Source of the DNA: Escherichia phage APCEc01 | DNA: 64,000 bases | Strand: one strand, 5' to 3' | Sequence record: NC_029091.1 | Shown: positions 37,348 to 47,927 of the stretch, one piece after another | Layout: each line of letters starts with the position of its first letter | Position numbering within the stretch: the first letter of the stretch is position 1 | The notes under the pieces: model-generated | Database searches by the model: none | What the model was told of the DNA's origin: nothing | Seen by the model: only the letters and a program-made list of their open reading frames with translations | Position numbers and translations under genes: made by a program

Positions 37348-37380
37348 GTTTACATCCTCGATAGATATGTTAAGATTAAC
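37348..37380 (+). promoter_or_regulatory. early promoter
   Basis: GTTTAC at 37348, TAAGAT about 17 nt downstream. Confidence 0.4.
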
Positions 37381-37405
37381 ACCATCTACCGCAGAGGAAA
37401 ACAAA

Positions 37406-37588
37406 ATGACAATTGAAGATAAAGAAATTAAGGTTGACCAGTACTATTCTGTCAATGGTAATGCCATACAGATAACCAGAGTTTCAAGCCTGGATGTTTG
37501 GTACCGTTCAATCAAATATCCAGAAATTGGTGAAATGCTTTGTGACCGTGGTATATTCTGTTCAATTGCGAAGGAAATTAAGTCATGA
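37406..37588 (+). CDS. hypothetical small protein
   Basis: ATG 37406 after AGAGGAAAA; 60 aa. Confidence 0.4.
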   Translation: MTIEDKEIKVDQYYSVNGNAIQITRVSSLDVWYRSIKYPEIGEMLCDRGIFCSIAKEIKS

Positions 37589-37833
37589 TTAGTTTAGATT
37601 CAAAGAAAGTTGTTCTATCTCTTAATGTAAATAACGAACGTCCGATATTCATTACCATTTCCGATTTGAACGTTGAAATTGCTAATGGAGTCCGTACTTA
37701 TCAAACGTCTAAAACACATTGGGATTATATCCCGATGTTGACGCTTACTCAGCGTTTAGAATCAATCGGTCTTAAAGACCTTTCAGTAAGTGAAGTGAAT
37801 TTTATCAAACGCGTTGTATCAATCAACCTCTGA
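37585..37833 (+). CDS. hypothetical protein
   Basis: 82 aa; ATGA overlap. Confidence 0.4.
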   Translation: MISLDSKKVVLSLNVNNERPIFITISDLNVEIANGVRTYQTSKTHWDYIPMLTLTQRLESIGLKDLSVSEVNFIKRVVSINL

Positions 37834-37840
37834 GGTACTT

Positions 37841-38134
37841 ATGGGTAAAACATATCGTCGTAAAGATTTGAAAGTTCGCGATTACGACTATTTTGGTAAG
37901 CGTAAAGCTCCTGATGGTGTTAGCCACAAAGACATGGTTGAAAACATTTTCCGCTCAGATAAATGGAAACGTATGAAAGGCGTTGATTCTGAAGTCAAGA
38001 ATGAAATGAATCGACAACTCCGCAAAGAAGTTCGTAAGTTGAAAAAAGATGTTTACAGTAAAGAAGAGTATGATTATAATACTTCTCATACTGAAGCCAA
38101 ACGTAAAGCTAACGAATGTTATCGTTACAGTTGA
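37841..38134 (+). CDS. basic small protein
   Basis: ATG 37841; 97 aa, Lys/Arg-rich. Confidence 0.45.
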   Translation: MGKTYRRKDLKVRDYDYFGKRKAPDGVSHKDMVENIFRSDKWKRMKGVDSEVKNEMNRQLRKEVRKLKKDVYSKEEYDYNTSHTEAKRKANECYRYS

Positions 38135-38141
38135 GGAAATT

Positions 38142-38276
38142 ATGAATATCAAACGAATGCTTTTTAAGCAGGGATTATATACTTTAAATGTTAATCCAAA
38201 GGGTGATACAACTAAATGGTCTGTAAATGACTGGATTAAGTTCATCGATGAAAATGGGGCCTGGAACACAAAATGA
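38142..38276 (+). CDS. hypothetical small protein (44 aa)
   Basis: ATG 38142 after GAGGAAA. Confidence 0.35.
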   Translation: MNIKRMLFKQGLYTLNVNPKGDTTKWSVNDWIKFIDENGAWNTK

Positions 38277-38473
38277 ATCCTGAATCTATGTTATCGCAAA
38301 AGCTTCGTGAAGAACGTGCCGAATTCTTTGCCAATATGAAACTCAACGGCGTTGAGGATGAAGACTTCTTACGCTGGTTCTGGATTTACAAATACAAAGA
38401 ATGCCAGCACGCTGTACTACTGACTTGTGCAGTTATGTACGAAGGCTGGAAAGGCGCTAAAAAGTTCGGTTAA
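38273..38473 (+). CDS. hypothetical protein
   Basis: 66 aa. Confidence 0.4.
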   Translation: MNPESMLSQKLREERAEFFANMKLNGVEDEDFLRWFWIYKYKECQHAVLLTCAVMYEGWKGAKKFG

Positions 38474-38476
38474 TAA

Positions 38477-38516
38477 TGTACAACGATAGGAAGATATGTT
38501 ATTATCTTCCTATCGT
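38477..38516 (+). promoter_or_regulatory. early promoter (PeSL type)
   Basis: TGTACA at 38477, TATTAT at 38500, perfect 12-bp inverted repeat GATAGGAAGATA / TATCTTCCTATC. Confidence 0.6.
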
Positions 38517-38536
38517 CTTAAAATGAGGAAAATATC

Positions 38537-38776
38537 ATGGCCCAAGAATTAGATTTTATCAAATTCAAAAAACACCTCGACGTTAAAATTGGGGATTCAA
38601 TTGTTAGGATTGAGTATGACATTTTAACAGATGCTATTACTGTTGGTTGTGATGGAAATAGTTTCAGCTTCGATACAACCGAAAACAAATACCCAATCTA
38701 TAAAGGCATCTTTGATATGGGTGTTGATATTACTCCACGCGATACAAATTACTTGCTTTTCATGCTTAAAAAATAG
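38537..38776 (+). CDS. hypothetical protein
   Basis: 79 aa. Confidence 0.45.
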   Translation: MAQELDFIKFKKHLDVKIGDSIVRIEYDILTDAITVGCDGNSFSFDTTENKYPIYKGIFDMGVDITPRDTNYLLFMLKK

Positions 38777-38815
38777 TATACAAACTCTTGAGAGCAGAGT
38801 ATAATTCTCTCGTTG
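38776..38815 (+). promoter_or_regulatory. early promoter (PeSL type), near-duplicate of element at 8263
   Basis: TATACAAACTCTTGAGAGCAGAGTATAATTCTCTC; about 40 bp nearly identical to 8263-8300. Confidence 0.6.
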
Positions 38816-38842
38816 GATAATAAAATAACCGAGGAAAATAAT

Positions 38843-39175
38843 ATGTCTACTAAAATCAAAAACGTAGTTAATTCTTTCGCTTTCGATAAAGTTGTTGCTC
38901 TTCTGGAATCTGGCAATATTGTTACTCCTCAAGTTCTTGACGCATGGGAATTCCGTCTTTATGAAATCATGCAAAAACACAACCAGAAAATTGGACGTAA
39001 TTCTATTCGTGAAATTCTAGTGCAATATATTCTTTCTGAATTTGACGTTGCTGCGTTTGGTGTTGAATCTAAAGCTTATCAGAAACATGAAATCTCTGAA
39101 AAGACTATCCGTCGTATGAAAAATCAACGTAAGAAAAAATTCGTTGACCTGAAAATTGTTAAGGCGGCAAAATGA
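38843..39175 (+). CDS. hypothetical protein
   Basis: ATG 38843 after GAGGAAAATA; 110 aa. Confidence 0.45.
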   Translation: MSTKIKNVVNSFAFDKVVALLESGNIVTPQVLDAWEFRLYEIMQKHNQKIGRNSIREILVQYILSEFDVAAFGVESKAYQKHEISEKTIRRMKNQRKKKFVDLKIVKAAK

Positions 39176-39399
39176 GCGTATTAACAGAAACTTTGATTAA
39201 TGACCTGCGTCTAGCTGGTTACGAAGTTGGTACAAATAGTCTAGGTCTTCCTCAGATTGAAGGTCCTGGATTTATTCTAGAATACGAATTCAAACAATGG
39301 TGGTTATATGCTACGGTTGACGATGCGTTGAATATTGATTTCGTTGACCAATTTGATTCGCTGGATGCTGCTCTTGAAGCAGCAAAGGAACTAGAATGA
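39172..39399 (+). CDS. hypothetical acidic protein
   Basis: 75 aa. Confidence 0.4.
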   Translation: MSVLTETLINDLRLAGYEVGTNSLGLPQIEGPGFILEYEFKQWWLYATVDDALNIDFVDQFDSLDAALEAAKELE

Positions 39400-39665
39400 A
39401 ATTAACTCGAATCAGTATAACTGAAGAAAAGCTGGGCGAATTTTATGTTGACGAATACATGAAAGTCACGTATTTTCCATTCGTTAAAGGTGTTGGTTTT
39501 TGGGAAACTCATGTATCTCAATTAAACGAAGGCGACTATAACGAAACACATGAGAACTTTTTAGATTTTCTTTATAATGCCGGTCTTACTGAGCTTTATA
39601 TCGATATCCATGAGTTCAAACGTTTAATGGAAAAAGTGTTTCAGGCTTATTGTTTGCTCCGATAG
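39396..39665 (+). CDS. hypothetical protein
   Basis: 89 aa. Confidence 0.4.
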   Translation: MKLTRISITEEKLGEFYVDEYMKVTYFPFVKGVGFWETHVSQLNEGDYNETHENFLDFLYNAGLTELYIDIHEFKRLMEKVFQAYCLLR

Positions 39666-39737
39666 TATCTCGTGCTTTAAGATAGGTCTCTAAATATTAT
39701 GATATAATAGACCTATGAATTGAGCCAAGAGGTACTT

Positions 39738-40295
39738 ATGACTGAACAAAAACCTAAAAATAACTATGTGAATAATAAAGAGCTTCTCGCCGCTATAATC
39801 GAGTGGAAAAAGGAGCTCTTAAATAATAAAGACCCAAACAAAATTATTCGTCAGAATGATACCATCGGTTTAGCAATTATGCTTATCGCCGAAGGCCTGT
39901 CCAAACGTTTCAACTTTTCAGGATATACCCAGTCTTGGAAGCAGGAGATGATTGCAGATGGGATTGAAGCCTCTATTAAGGGACTTCATAATTTCGACGA
40001 AACTAAGTACAATAACCCACATGCATACATAACTCGAGCTTGTTTTAATGCTTTTGTCCAACGTATCAAAAAAGAACGTAAGGAAGTTGCAAAGAAATAT
40101 AGTTACTTCGTTCATAATGTCTACGACAGTCATGACGATGATATGGTAGCGTTGGTAGATGAAACGTTTATTCAAGACATCTACGATAAAATGACGCATT
40201 ATGAAGAATCCGCTTATAAAGCTCCTGGGGCTGAAAAGAAGGAAGTTGTTAGCGATTCGCCTAGTTTGGATTTTTTATATGAGGATGACAATTGA
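39738..40295 (+). CDS. 55: late transcription sigma factor gp55
   Basis: ATG 39738; [78 protein letters not shown]... matches T4 gp55; 185 aa. Confidence 0.88.
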   Translation: MTEQKPKNNYVNNKELLAAIIEWKKELLNNKDPNKIIRQNDTIGLAIMLIAEGLSKRFNFSGYTQSWKQEMIADGIEASIKGLHNFDETKYNNPHAYITRACFNAFVQRIKKERKEVAKKYSYFVHNVYDSHDDDMVALVDETFIQDIYDKMTHYEESAYKAPGAEKKEVVSDSPSLDFLYEDDN

Positions 40296-40494
40296 CATCT
40301 CTAACTACTTAGAAGAACCTTTTGACGAAGCAATCCCTTATTTGGTAAAACTGTTGGGTCGTGAATTTAAAATTAATTTTGACATCGACCCTTTGAACCC
40401 ACATGACGTGTCATTTTCGATAAATGGGACTCCGGTTGAGTATGAGTTCTGTATTGAAGAGGATGGACGTTTTTATTTTAATTTAATGAGATAA
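40285..40494 (+). CDS. hypothetical protein
   Basis: ATG 40285 overlapping gp55 stop; 69 aa. Confidence 0.4.
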   Translation: MTIDISNYLEEPFDEAIPYLVKLLGREFKINFDIDPLNPHDVSFSINGTPVEYEFCIEEDGRFYFNLMR

Positions 40495-40495
40495 T

Positions 40496-40819
40496 ATGAC
40501 TACCGAGATTATTGAAAATAAAGAAGCAGAAGATGCAGTAGCTAAAATGCTACAAGAAATCCAAAAGAAAAATGAAGCTGAAGCACGTAAAAAATCCGAA
40601 AAGATTCTTAAAAAGAATCGTTTTGAACTAAACCGTCTTTATGCTCATGCTCAAGAAGCAGCAATTCAAAACAACTTCGAAGCTTACGAATATGCTATTA
40701 AGAAATCTCGGGATATTCTACGACAACCATATAATGACAAGTTAATTAAAATCCAGTGGGTTACTACTCGTCAGGCTATTGAGGACATCATTAATGGCGC
40801 TAGTTCAAACAAAGTTTAA
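40496..40819 (+). CDS. hypothetical coiled-coil protein
   Basis: 107 aa. Confidence 0.45.
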   Translation: MTTEIIENKEAEDAVAKMLQEIQKKNEAEARKKSEKILKKNRFELNRLYAHAQEAAIQNNFEAYEYAIKKSRDILRQPYNDKLIKIQWVTTRQAIEDIINGASSNKV

Positions 40820-41000
40820 ACGTCTAAAGCTGAACGCAGGGTTCACCCTTAAATTGGGAGGTCCTCTTTGTGTTAAAATCTCTGAAAAGGAATATCACGA
40901 CGGTTCTATTACAGAAATTTGTCCGCCTATTGTAAAGGCAGACCCAAAACAACTCGTGTGGGTTGATTCATTTCAAGTTAAGAAATGGTGGAAACGATGA
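40794..41000 (+). CDS. hypothetical protein
   Basis: ATG 40794; 68 aa. Confidence 0.4.
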   Translation: MALVQTKFKRLKLNAGFTLKLGGPLCVKISEKEYHDGSITEICPPIVKADPKQLVWVDSFQVKKWWKR

Positions 41001-41039
41001 GAGAAATCGGTTTAGGTATTTTCTGAGAGGTGCTTATGC

Positions 41040-41213
41040 ATGACGAACATCCCGACTTCTGAAAATTTCGATAAAATCCGTAAAGGCAAAGCAGAAAGAA
41101 TGAGACGTTTTAAAGAGTCTTATGATAAAGCTAAAGCCGAAGGAACTATTACATACAAGCCCATTCGATTTAAAAGTTCAAATGAGCCTCTGTACGGTGT
41201 ACTATGTGGATAG
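41040..41213 (+). CDS. hypothetical small basic protein (57 aa, below track threshold)
   Basis: ATG 41040 after GAGAGG; stop TAG at 41211, directly before a strong terminator. Confidence 0.35.
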   Translation: MTNIPTSENFDKIRKGKAERMRRFKESYDKAKAEGTITYKPIRFKSSNEPLYGVLCG

Positions 41214-41240
41214 GAACTCTTCGGAGTTCCTTTTTTTTTT
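41213..41240 (+). terminator. rho-independent terminator
   Basis: GGAACTC-TTCG-GAGTTCC hairpin followed by ten T. Confidence 0.85.
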
Positions 41241-41286
41241 GCTTTATAAACGGATGATAAAATGAATTAACTAATGAGGAAATAAT

Positions 41287-42306
41287 ATGAAAATTTTGCA
41301 CTTAGGCGACTTCCATATCGGAGTCAAACAAGACGACCCATGGGTTCAAGATATTCAACGTGATGGTATTCGTCAAGCAATTGAATACTCTAAGAAACAC
41401 GGGATTAAAACTTGGATTCAGTACGGTGATTGGTTTGACGTCCGTAAAGCAATAACACATCGTACAATGGAATTCAATCGTGAAATCGTTGATATGATTT
41501 CTAAAGCAGGCATTCACGTTCATGTCACGATAGGAAACCATGACATGGCGTTTAAGAATACAATAACACCTAACACTGTTTCTGAATTGTTAACTCAATT
41601 TGAAAACTTTACTATTTATGAACATCCAACTACTGTAGATTTTGACGGATGTCTGATTGATATCGTTCCATGGATGTGTGAAGAAAATACAGGTGAAATC
41701 TTAGAGCACATCAAGACTTCTTCCGCAGCGTATTGTGTTGGGCACTGGGAACTGAATGGCTTTTATTTCTATAAAGGAATGAAGTCTCATGGGCTTGAAC
41801 CTGATTTCTTAAAGACCTATAAACAAGTCTGGTCTGGCCACTTCCACACAATCTCTGAAGCTGCTAACGTCAAATATATTGGGACACCATGGACCCTTAC
41901 TGCAGGTGATGAGAACGACCCGCGCGGATTCTGGGTATTTGACACTGATGTTGAACGTATGGAATTTATTCCTAATGAAACAACATGGCATCGACGAATC
42001 ACTTATCCGTTTAAAGGCAAAATCAATTATTCTGATTATACTAATCTAGCCTTACGTGTTATAGTATCAGAAATTGATTCAGAGTTGACTAAGTTTGAAT
42101 CTGAACTTGAAAAAGTAGTTCACTCTCTTCGTATGGTTTCTAAAGTTGATAACAGTGTTGAATCTGATGACGACCAGGAAATCGAGATTAAATCACTTCA
42201 AGATATCATTAAAGAATATATTGACGCGATTCCAGATATCTCAGACGAAGACAGAGAAGCGCTGGTCAAATATTCCAACGAACTTTATATTGAGGCAACA
42301 CAATGA
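41287..42306 (+). CDS. 47: recombination endonuclease subunit gp47 (Mre11-like)
   Basis: 339 aa; N-terminal MKILHLGDFHIG phosphoesterase motif, GNHD motif; T4 gp47 size. Confidence 0.88.
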   Translation: MKILHLGDFHIGVKQDDPWVQDIQRDGIRQAIEYSKKHGIKTWIQYGDWFDVRKAITHRTMEFNREIVDMISKAGIHVHVTIGNHDMAFKNTITPNTVSELLTQFENFTIYEHPTTVDFDGCLIDIVPWMCEENTGEILEHIKTSSAAYCVGHWELNGFYFYKGMKSHGLEPDFLKTYKQVWSGHFHTISEAANVKYIGTPWTLTAGDENDPRGFWVFDTDVERMEFIPNETTWHRRITYPFKGKINYSDYTNLALRVIVSEIDSELTKFESELEKVVHSLRMVSKVDNSVESDDDQEIEIKSLQDIIKEYIDAIPDISDEDREALVKYSNELYIEATQ

Positions 42307-42560
42307 CTTTAGATGAATTTAATAATGCTGGGCTTGGACTTGAAGTTGAAATGGACGTTAAAGACGATGATGGATTCGAGAACACTATCAAGTATTGGAT
42401 TGAGCCATTACGCGTTGAAGGCAATGAAGTTAAAGCAGTTCATGTCTGCACCGACTGGGCTATTGAATTTAGCTTTAATATAATGGACAACGATACTCCC
42501 GGCTCTATTCTTAAAATGGCTGAAGCGTGTATTGAGGATGCGTATAATGACGAAGACTGA
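42303..42560 (+). CDS. hypothetical acidic protein
   Basis: 85 aa between 47 and 46. Confidence 0.45.
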   Translation: MTLDEFNNAGLGLEVEMDVKDDDGFENTIKYWIEPLRVEGNEVKAVHVCTDWAIEFSFNIMDNDTPGSILKMAEACIEDAYNDED

Positions 42561-42786
42561 TTATGAAATCCATCGTCATGAATTTAGTATTGGTGACGGT
42601 TATATTGGTATCGTTGAATGGACTGAGAATTACGAGGAATCAACTCCTCGTTTCTTTGGAACAATGTATGTTACCTGTGAGTATGCACCAGGTGTTGTTA
42701 TGTATGCAGAACTAGATGAATATTTTGCTGATAGAGATGACATGTTAAAATATGTAGAGGACTTCATTCGAAGAGAATACATATGA
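42547..42786 (+). CDS. hypothetical protein
   Basis: ATG 42547 after GAGGA; 79 aa. Confidence 0.4.
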   Translation: MTKTDYEIHRHEFSIGDGYIGIVEWTENYEESTPRFFGTMYVTCEYAPGVVMYAELDEYFADRDDMLKYVEDFIRREYI

Positions 42787-44471
42787 AATCATTTAAATTA
42801 AATCGTGTTCGTTATCAAAACATCATGTCGGTAGGTGGGAATCCTATCGATATCCAATTAGATAAAGTCCAAAAGACCTTAATCACCGGTAAAAATGGCG
42901 GTGGTAAATCTACGATGTTAGAAGCCATTACTTTCGGACTTTTCGGTAAACCATTTCGTGATGTTAAGAAAGGACAAATCATTAATAGCACGAACAAGAA
43001 AGAGCTCTTAGTTGAGCTTTGGATGGAATTCGATGATAAAAAATACTTCATTAGACGCGGCCAAAAGCCCAATATTTTCGAAATCTCCGTTGACGGTGTT
43101 CGTCTCGATGAATCTGCCAGCAGTCGTGACTTCCAAGAAGAATTTGAACGTAGCATCGGAATGTCATACGCGTCTTTTAAACAGATCGTTGTGCTTGGGA
43201 CGGCAGGGTATACCCCTTTCATGGCTCTTAGCACCCCTGCTCGTAGAAAACTTGTCGAAGACCTTTTAGAAGTCGGCACACTCGCTGAAATGGATAAAAT
43301 CAATAAGTCTCAAGTTCGAGAACTTAATTCCCAGGGACAAGTTCTCGATGCTAAGAAAGATGGTGTTATCCAACAAATTAAGATTTATAACGAGAATATC
43401 GAACGTCAAAAGAAATTATCTGGTGATAATGTAGCGCGTCTACAGAATATGTATGACGACCTAGCCAAAGAAGCTCGTTCATTAAAAGCAGAAATCGAAG
43501 AAGCTAATGAGCGACTACTTAATATCGTTCTTGATGAAGACCCTACTGAGGCATTCAACAAGATAGGACAAGAAGCATTCTTGATTAAATCTAAAATCGA
43601 CTCATACAACAAAGTTATTAAGATGTATCACGATGGCGGTACATGTCCTACTTGCGCATCACAGTTGCACCAGGGTGACCCTATTGTCTCTAAGATTACC
43701 GATAAGCTTCACGAATGTAATCACTCATTCGAGCAACTTACATGTCACAGAGATAACCTGAGTGTCCTAGTGGACGAATATAGAGCTAATGTTAAGACTA
43801 AACAGGACCTTGCATCTGATATTCGTACCAAGAAACAAGCAATGATTGCCACTATTGATAAAGCTAAGAAAGTTAAAGCTGCAATAGAACAAGCCTCGGC
43901 GGAATTTATCGACCATGCCGATGAGATAGCTTTGCTTCAAAAAGAACTTGATAAAATCATTAAAACAAAATCAGATATCGTTCTTGAAAAATACCATCGT
44001 GGTATTATTACAGATATGTTAAAAGATTCTGGTATTAAAGGTGCTATCATTAAAAAATATGTGCCTCTGTTCAACAAGCAGATTAACCATTATCTTAAAA
44101 TCATGGAAGCCGATTACGTGTTTTCTATTGATGAAGAATTCAATGAATCTATAAAATCACGTGGCCGTGAAGATTTTAGTTATGCTTCATTTAGTCAAGG
44201 TGAAAAGGCACGTATCGATATCGCATTGTTGTTTACATGGCGAGATATTGCTGAAAAGGTCTCTGGTGTTAAAATCAACACTCTGATTCTTGATGAGGTT
44301 TTTGATGGGGCAGTTGATTCTGAAGCTGTTAAGGCTATAGATACCATTCTTGGAAGTTTACAAAATACTAACGTGTTCATTATTTCTCATAGGGACCATG
44401 ACCCTCAACGTTATGGACAACATTTGCAAATGAGCAAAGTTGGACGATTTACTGTAATGACTGTTTCATAA
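42783..44471 (+). CDS. 46: recombination endonuclease subunit gp46 (Rad50/SbcC-like ATPase)
   Basis: 562 aa; Walker A GKNGGGKST, central coiled coil with CPTC zinc hook, C-terminal signature and Walker B LILDEVFDG. Confidence 0.88.
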   Translation: MKSFKLNRVRYQNIMSVGGNPIDIQLDKVQKTLITGKNGGGKSTMLEAITFGLFGKPFRDVKKGQIINSTNKKELLVELWMEFDDKKYFIRRGQKPNIFEISVDGVRLDESASSRDFQEEFERSIGMSYASFKQIVVLGTAGYTPFMALSTPARRKLVEDLLEVGTLAEMDKINKSQVRELNSQGQVLDAKKDGVIQQIKIYNENIERQKKLSGDNVARLQNMYDDLAKEARSLKAEIEEANERLLNIVLDEDPTEAFNKIGQEAFLIKSKIDSYNKVIKMYHDGGTCPTCASQLHQGDPIVSKITDKLHECNHSFEQLTCHRDNLSVLVDEYRANVKTKQDLASDIRTKKQAMIATIDKAKKVKAAIEQASAEFIDHADEIALLQKELDKIIKTKSDIVLEKYHRGIITDMLKDSGIKGAIIKKYVPLFNKQINHYLKIMEADYVFSIDEEFNESIKSRGREDFSYASFSQGEKARIDIALLFTWRDIAEKVSGVKINTLILDEVFDGAVDSEAVKAIDTILGSLQNTNVFIISHRDHDPQRYGQHLQMSKVGRFTVMTVS

Positions 44472-44505
44472 ACGCTTTAACACGATGTGGTTATAATGAC
44501 CACAT
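44471..44505 (+). promoter_or_regulatory. candidate middle promoter with stem-loop
   Basis: ACGCTTTA (MotA-box-like) 12 nt upstream of TATAAT at 44492; inverted repeat ATGTGGT / ACCACAT flanks the -10. Confidence 0.4.
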
Positions 44506-44525
44506 CAAATTAAATGGAGAACAAC

Positions 44526-44714
44526 ATGGAGTATTCAACTGGACAACATCTTCTCGTTGTCCCTGAAATTAAAAAATATGTTTTGACCAATACGTTTTCA
44601 GGTGAAGAACATATTGTTACTGAACAAATGCTCAAATCTGCTTTTAAAGATGAGTATAATAAAATAATGTCTAATCGCAATTCCGCATGGACAGTTACCG
44701 ACTTCTACGAATAA
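44526..44714 (+). CDS. hypothetical small protein
   Basis: ATG 44526 after GGAG; 62 aa. Confidence 0.4.
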   Translation: MEYSTGQHLLVVPEIKKYVLTNTFSGEEHIVTEQMLKSAFKDEYNKIMSNRNSAWTVTDFYE

Positions 44715-44726
44715 GAGAGAAATAAT

Positions 44727-45143
44727 ATGTTTACTACTGCTAAAGGTTTTACCGCTGCTGATCTGAAAGTTACTTCTATCCGTACTGACGCTAACCCGCA
44801 TAACCATAATCGTGTTCGTAAAGCATGGGTCCTGCATTGTGATGACGCAAGTGCTAAAAAACTCCAATCTTTGCCACAAGAAACTCGTTTTATGATTTAT
44901 GGTTTTATTGATAACGATGTGTCTGATATGTGGATTCATTTGATGCGTAAGCACTATAAAGATTCTATCGAAGCAGGTGCTAAAATCGTTCTTGATAAAG
45001 ACGGTTCTGAACGCCTTGAAGATTTTTACTGTGTTGATGCCGACGAACAACTAATTGCAGCTGGCGAAATTGTTGCTTCTAAAATTCCAGAATATATTGA
45101 ATCACTGCCTGAAGCTATTAAAAAGCAGATTGTTGCTGCATAA
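44727..45143 (+). CDS. rpbA: RNA polymerase binding protein RpbA-like
   Basis: 138 aa immediately upstream of gene 45, as T4 rpbA; assigned by synteny only. Confidence 0.45.
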   Translation: MFTTAKGFTAADLKVTSIRTDANPHNHNRVRKAWVLHCDDASAKKLQSLPQETRFMIYGFIDNDVSDMWIHLMRKHYKDSIEAGAKIVLDKDGSERLEDFYCVDADEQLIAAGEIVASKIPEYIESLPEAIKKQIVAA

Positions 45144-45185
45144 TAAATTTGTTATAAACTTTGAATTGTCTTGAAAGGAAATAAA

Positions 45186-45872
45186 ATGAAACTGTCTAAA
45201 GATACTATCGCTATTCTGAAAAACTTTGCCTCTATTAACTCTGGCATTCTGCTGAGTCAAGGTAAATTTATTATGACTCGTGCAGTTAATGGCACCACTT
45301 ATGCGGAAGCAAATATCTCTGATGAAATTGATTTTGACGTAGCACTTTATGATTTGAATAGCTTCTTAAGCATTTTGAGTCTAGTGTCTGATGATGCCGA
45401 AATTTCAATGCATACTGATGGCAATATTAAAATTGCAGATACACGTTCCACAGTTTATTGGCCTGCTGCCGACAAGAGCACCATTGTTTTTCCTAATAAG
45501 CCAATTCAATTCCCAGTGGCTTCTGTGATTACTGAAATTAAAGCTGAAGACCTTCAACAATTGCTTCGAGTTTCACGTGGACTTCAGATTGATACAATTG
45601 CTATTACAAATAAAGATGGTAAAATTGTTATCAATGGCTATAATAAAGTTGAAGATTCCGGACTAACTCGTCCTAAGTATTCTTTGACTCTTACTGATTA
45701 TGACGGTTCTAATAACTTTAACTTCGTAATCAATATGGCTAATATGAAAATCCAGCCAGGTAACTATAAAGTAATGTTGTGGGGAGCTGGTGATAAAGTT
45801 GCAGCTAAGTTTGAAAGCTCTCAAGTAAGTTATGTTATTGCGATGGAAGCCGATTCTACTCACGACTTCTAA
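45186..45872 (+). CDS. 45: sliding clamp gp45
   Basis: ATG 45186; MKLSKDTIAILKNFASINSGILLSQGKFIMTRAVNGTTYAEANISDEIDFDVALYDLNSF... matches T4/RB69 gp45; 228 aa. Confidence 0.92.
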   Translation: MKLSKDTIAILKNFASINSGILLSQGKFIMTRAVNGTTYAEANISDEIDFDVALYDLNSFLSILSLVSDDAEISMHTDGNIKIADTRSTVYWPAADKSTIVFPNKPIQFPVASVITEIKAEDLQQLLRVSRGLQIDTIAITNKDGKIVINGYNKVEDSGLTRPKYSLTLTDYDGSNNFNFVINMANMKIQPGNYKVMLWGAGDKVAAKFESSQVSYVIAMEADSTHDF

Positions 45873-45947
45873 GTCAAAGCTTTACGTTTATTGTGATACG
45901 ATTATGGAGGAGAAATCCTCCAGTTTAATGATAATGAGGAAAATTAC

Positions 45948-46910
45948 ATGATTACTATCAATTCCAAAGAACACATTCTAGAACAGAAATATCGTCCTTC
46001 TTCCATTGACGAATGTATTCTGCCTGCGTATGACCATGAAACATTCAAGTCTTTAGTATCTAAAGGAAAACTTCCTCATATTATTTTACACTCTCCATCT
46101 CCTGGTACCGGTAAAACAACCGTAGCAAAAGCATTATGTAATGATATCAATGCCGAAATGATGTTCGTCAACGGTTCTGATTGTAAGATTGATTTTGTGC
46201 GTGGTCCATTAACTGCATTTGCTCGTTCAGTCTCAATGGAAGGCAAGCCTAAAGTTATCGTTATCGATGAATTTGACCGTAGTGGCCTTGCTGAATCACA
46301 ACGGCACCTTCGTACGTTTATGGAAGAATTCTCTAGTAACTGTTCTATTATTATTACTGCCAACAACATCGATGGAATTATCGAACCATTACGTAGTCGT
46401 TGTCGAGTTATCGAATTCGGACGTCCGACTGAAGAAGATAAAATCTCGATGATGAAGAAAATGATTCATCGTATGGTTGAAATCTGTAAGAACGAAAATA
46501 TCGAAATCGCTGATATGAAAGTTGTTGCAGCTTTGGTTAAAAAGAACTTCCCGGACTTTCGTCGTACAATTGGCCAATTAGACCAGTACTCGTCTAAAGG
46601 TGTTCTTGATGCAGGTATTTTGTCAATTGTAACCAATGATCGTGGCACGGTAGATGATGTCATAGAAGCAATGAAGAACAAAGATATCAAACAACTTCGT
46701 GCATTAGCTCCAAAATATGCTGCAGATTATTCATGGTTCATCGATAAATTAGTTTCTGAGTGTTATGACAAAGTTGCACCAGGTAAAAGTATTATTTCGC
46801 TTTATGAAATTGCAGGCGAAAATAATAAGTTTCATGGATTAGCAAGTAATATTGAATTACATGTTATGTATATGCTTCTTCAACTGACCTGCGAACTAAC
46901 TTGGAAATAA
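45948..46910 (+). CDS. 44: clamp loader large subunit gp44 (AAA+)
   Basis: 320 aa; Walker [14 protein letters not shown] Walker B, SRC motif. Confidence 0.92.
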   Translation: MITINSKEHILEQKYRPSSIDECILPAYDHETFKSLVSKGKLPHIILHSPSPGTGKTTVAKALCNDINAEMMFVNGSDCKIDFVRGPLTAFARSVSMEGKPKVIVIDEFDRSGLAESQRHLRTFMEEFSSNCSIIITANNIDGIIEPLRSRCRVIEFGRPTEEDKISMMKKMIHRMVEICKNENIEIADMKVVAALVKKNFPDFRRTIGQLDQYSSKGVLDAGILSIVTNDRGTVDDVIEAMKNKDIKQLRALAPKYAADYSWFIDKLVSECYDKVAPGKSIISLYEIAGENNKFHGLASNIELHVMYMLLQLTCELTWK

Positions 46911-46911
46911 T

Positions 46912-47475
46912 ATGAACTTATTCGATGATGACGTCCAGCTTAACGAGCACCAAATTGCATGGAAGTCTAATGACGCTGATGCGATTCAAAAATGTGCTGA
47001 TATGTTTAAAGAAAAACCTGAGAATGAATTCTTTAAAATCATTAATGCTATTAATGAAAAGAAATCTATGTCAATTGCTCAGGTCGACTACTCAAAATTT
47101 ATGGTTGAGAACTCATTATCCCAGTTCCCGGAATGTATGCCAGCTGTTTACATGATGAACTTAGTCGGTTCTGAATTAAGTGATGAAGCGCACTTCAACT
47201 ATATGATGGCTGCAATTCCGCGTGGTCGTCGATTCTCTAAATGGGCTAAACTAGTTGAAGACACTTCAGAGTTACTAGTTATCAAACTGTTGATGAAACA
47301 TTACACAATCAACATGAATGATGCTACCGAGTATAAGCGGCTCCTTGAAAAAAATAACAAGTTGCCAATAGTCCTTAAAGAACTGAAGGCCATGGTCACT
47401 GATGAGTTTCTCAAAGAAGTTACAAAAAATGTGAAAGAACAAAAACAATTTAAAAAATTAGCATTGGAATGGTAA
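46912..47475 (+). CDS. 62: clamp loader small subunit gp62
   Basis: 187 aa; directly after gene 44, overlaps regA start as in T4. Confidence 0.8.
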   Translation: MNLFDDDVQLNEHQIAWKSNDADAIQKCADMFKEKPENEFFKIINAINEKKSMSIAQVDYSKFMVENSLSQFPECMPAVYMMNLVGSELSDEAHFNYMMAAIPRGRRFSKWAKLVEDTSELLVIKLLMKHYTINMNDATEYKRLLEKNNKLPIVLKELKAMVTDEFLKEVTKNVKEQKQFKKLALEW

Positions 47476-47477
47476 AA

Positions 47478-47846
47478 ATGATCGAAATTAAATTGAAGAA
47501 CCCCGAAGATTTTCTGAAAGTCAAAGAGACTCTGACCCGTATGGGCATCGCTAATAACAAGGATAAAGTTCTTTATCAGTCCTGTCATATCCTCCAAAAG
47601 CAAGGTAAATATTACATCGTCCACTTTAAAGAAATGCTGCGTATGGACGGACGTCAGGTTGATATTGATGGTGAAGACTATCAGCGACGTGATTCGATTG
47701 CTCAGTTGCTTGAAGACTGGGGCTTGATTGTTATTGAAGACTCTGCTCGTGAAGATCTGTTTGGCCTTACTAATAACTTCCGTGTTATCTCTTTTAAACA
47801 GAAAGATGACTGGACTTTGAAAGCAAAATATACAATTGGTAATTAA
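47478..47846 (+). CDS. regA: translational repressor RegA
   Basis: ATG 47478; MIEIKLKNPEDFLKVKETLTRMGIANNKDKVLYQSCHILQKQGKYYIVHFKEMLRMDGRQV... matches T4 RegA; 122 aa. Confidence 0.88.
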   Translation: MIEIKLKNPEDFLKVKETLTRMGIANNKDKVLYQSCHILQKQGKYYIVHFKEMLRMDGRQVDIDGEDYQRRDSIAQLLEDWGLIVIEDSAREDLFGLTNNFRVISFKQKDDWTLKAKYTIGN

Positions 47847-47850
47847 AGCA

Positions 47851-47868
47851 ATGGGACTTCGGTCCCAT
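47851..47868 (+). terminator. terminator/attenuator hairpin upstream of gene 43
   Basis: ATGGGAC-TTCG-GTCCCAT hairpin then TTTGG; followed by GAGTATAAT. Confidence 0.5.
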
Positions 47869-47927
47869 TTGGAGTATAATAAGTTCATCAACAAACAAAA
47901 GACAATAACTCGTCTAAAGGAAATTAA

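Noticed and set aside
47301-47894. 197-aa minus-strand ORF
   Set aside because: Antisense to the well-supported gp62 and regA genes.
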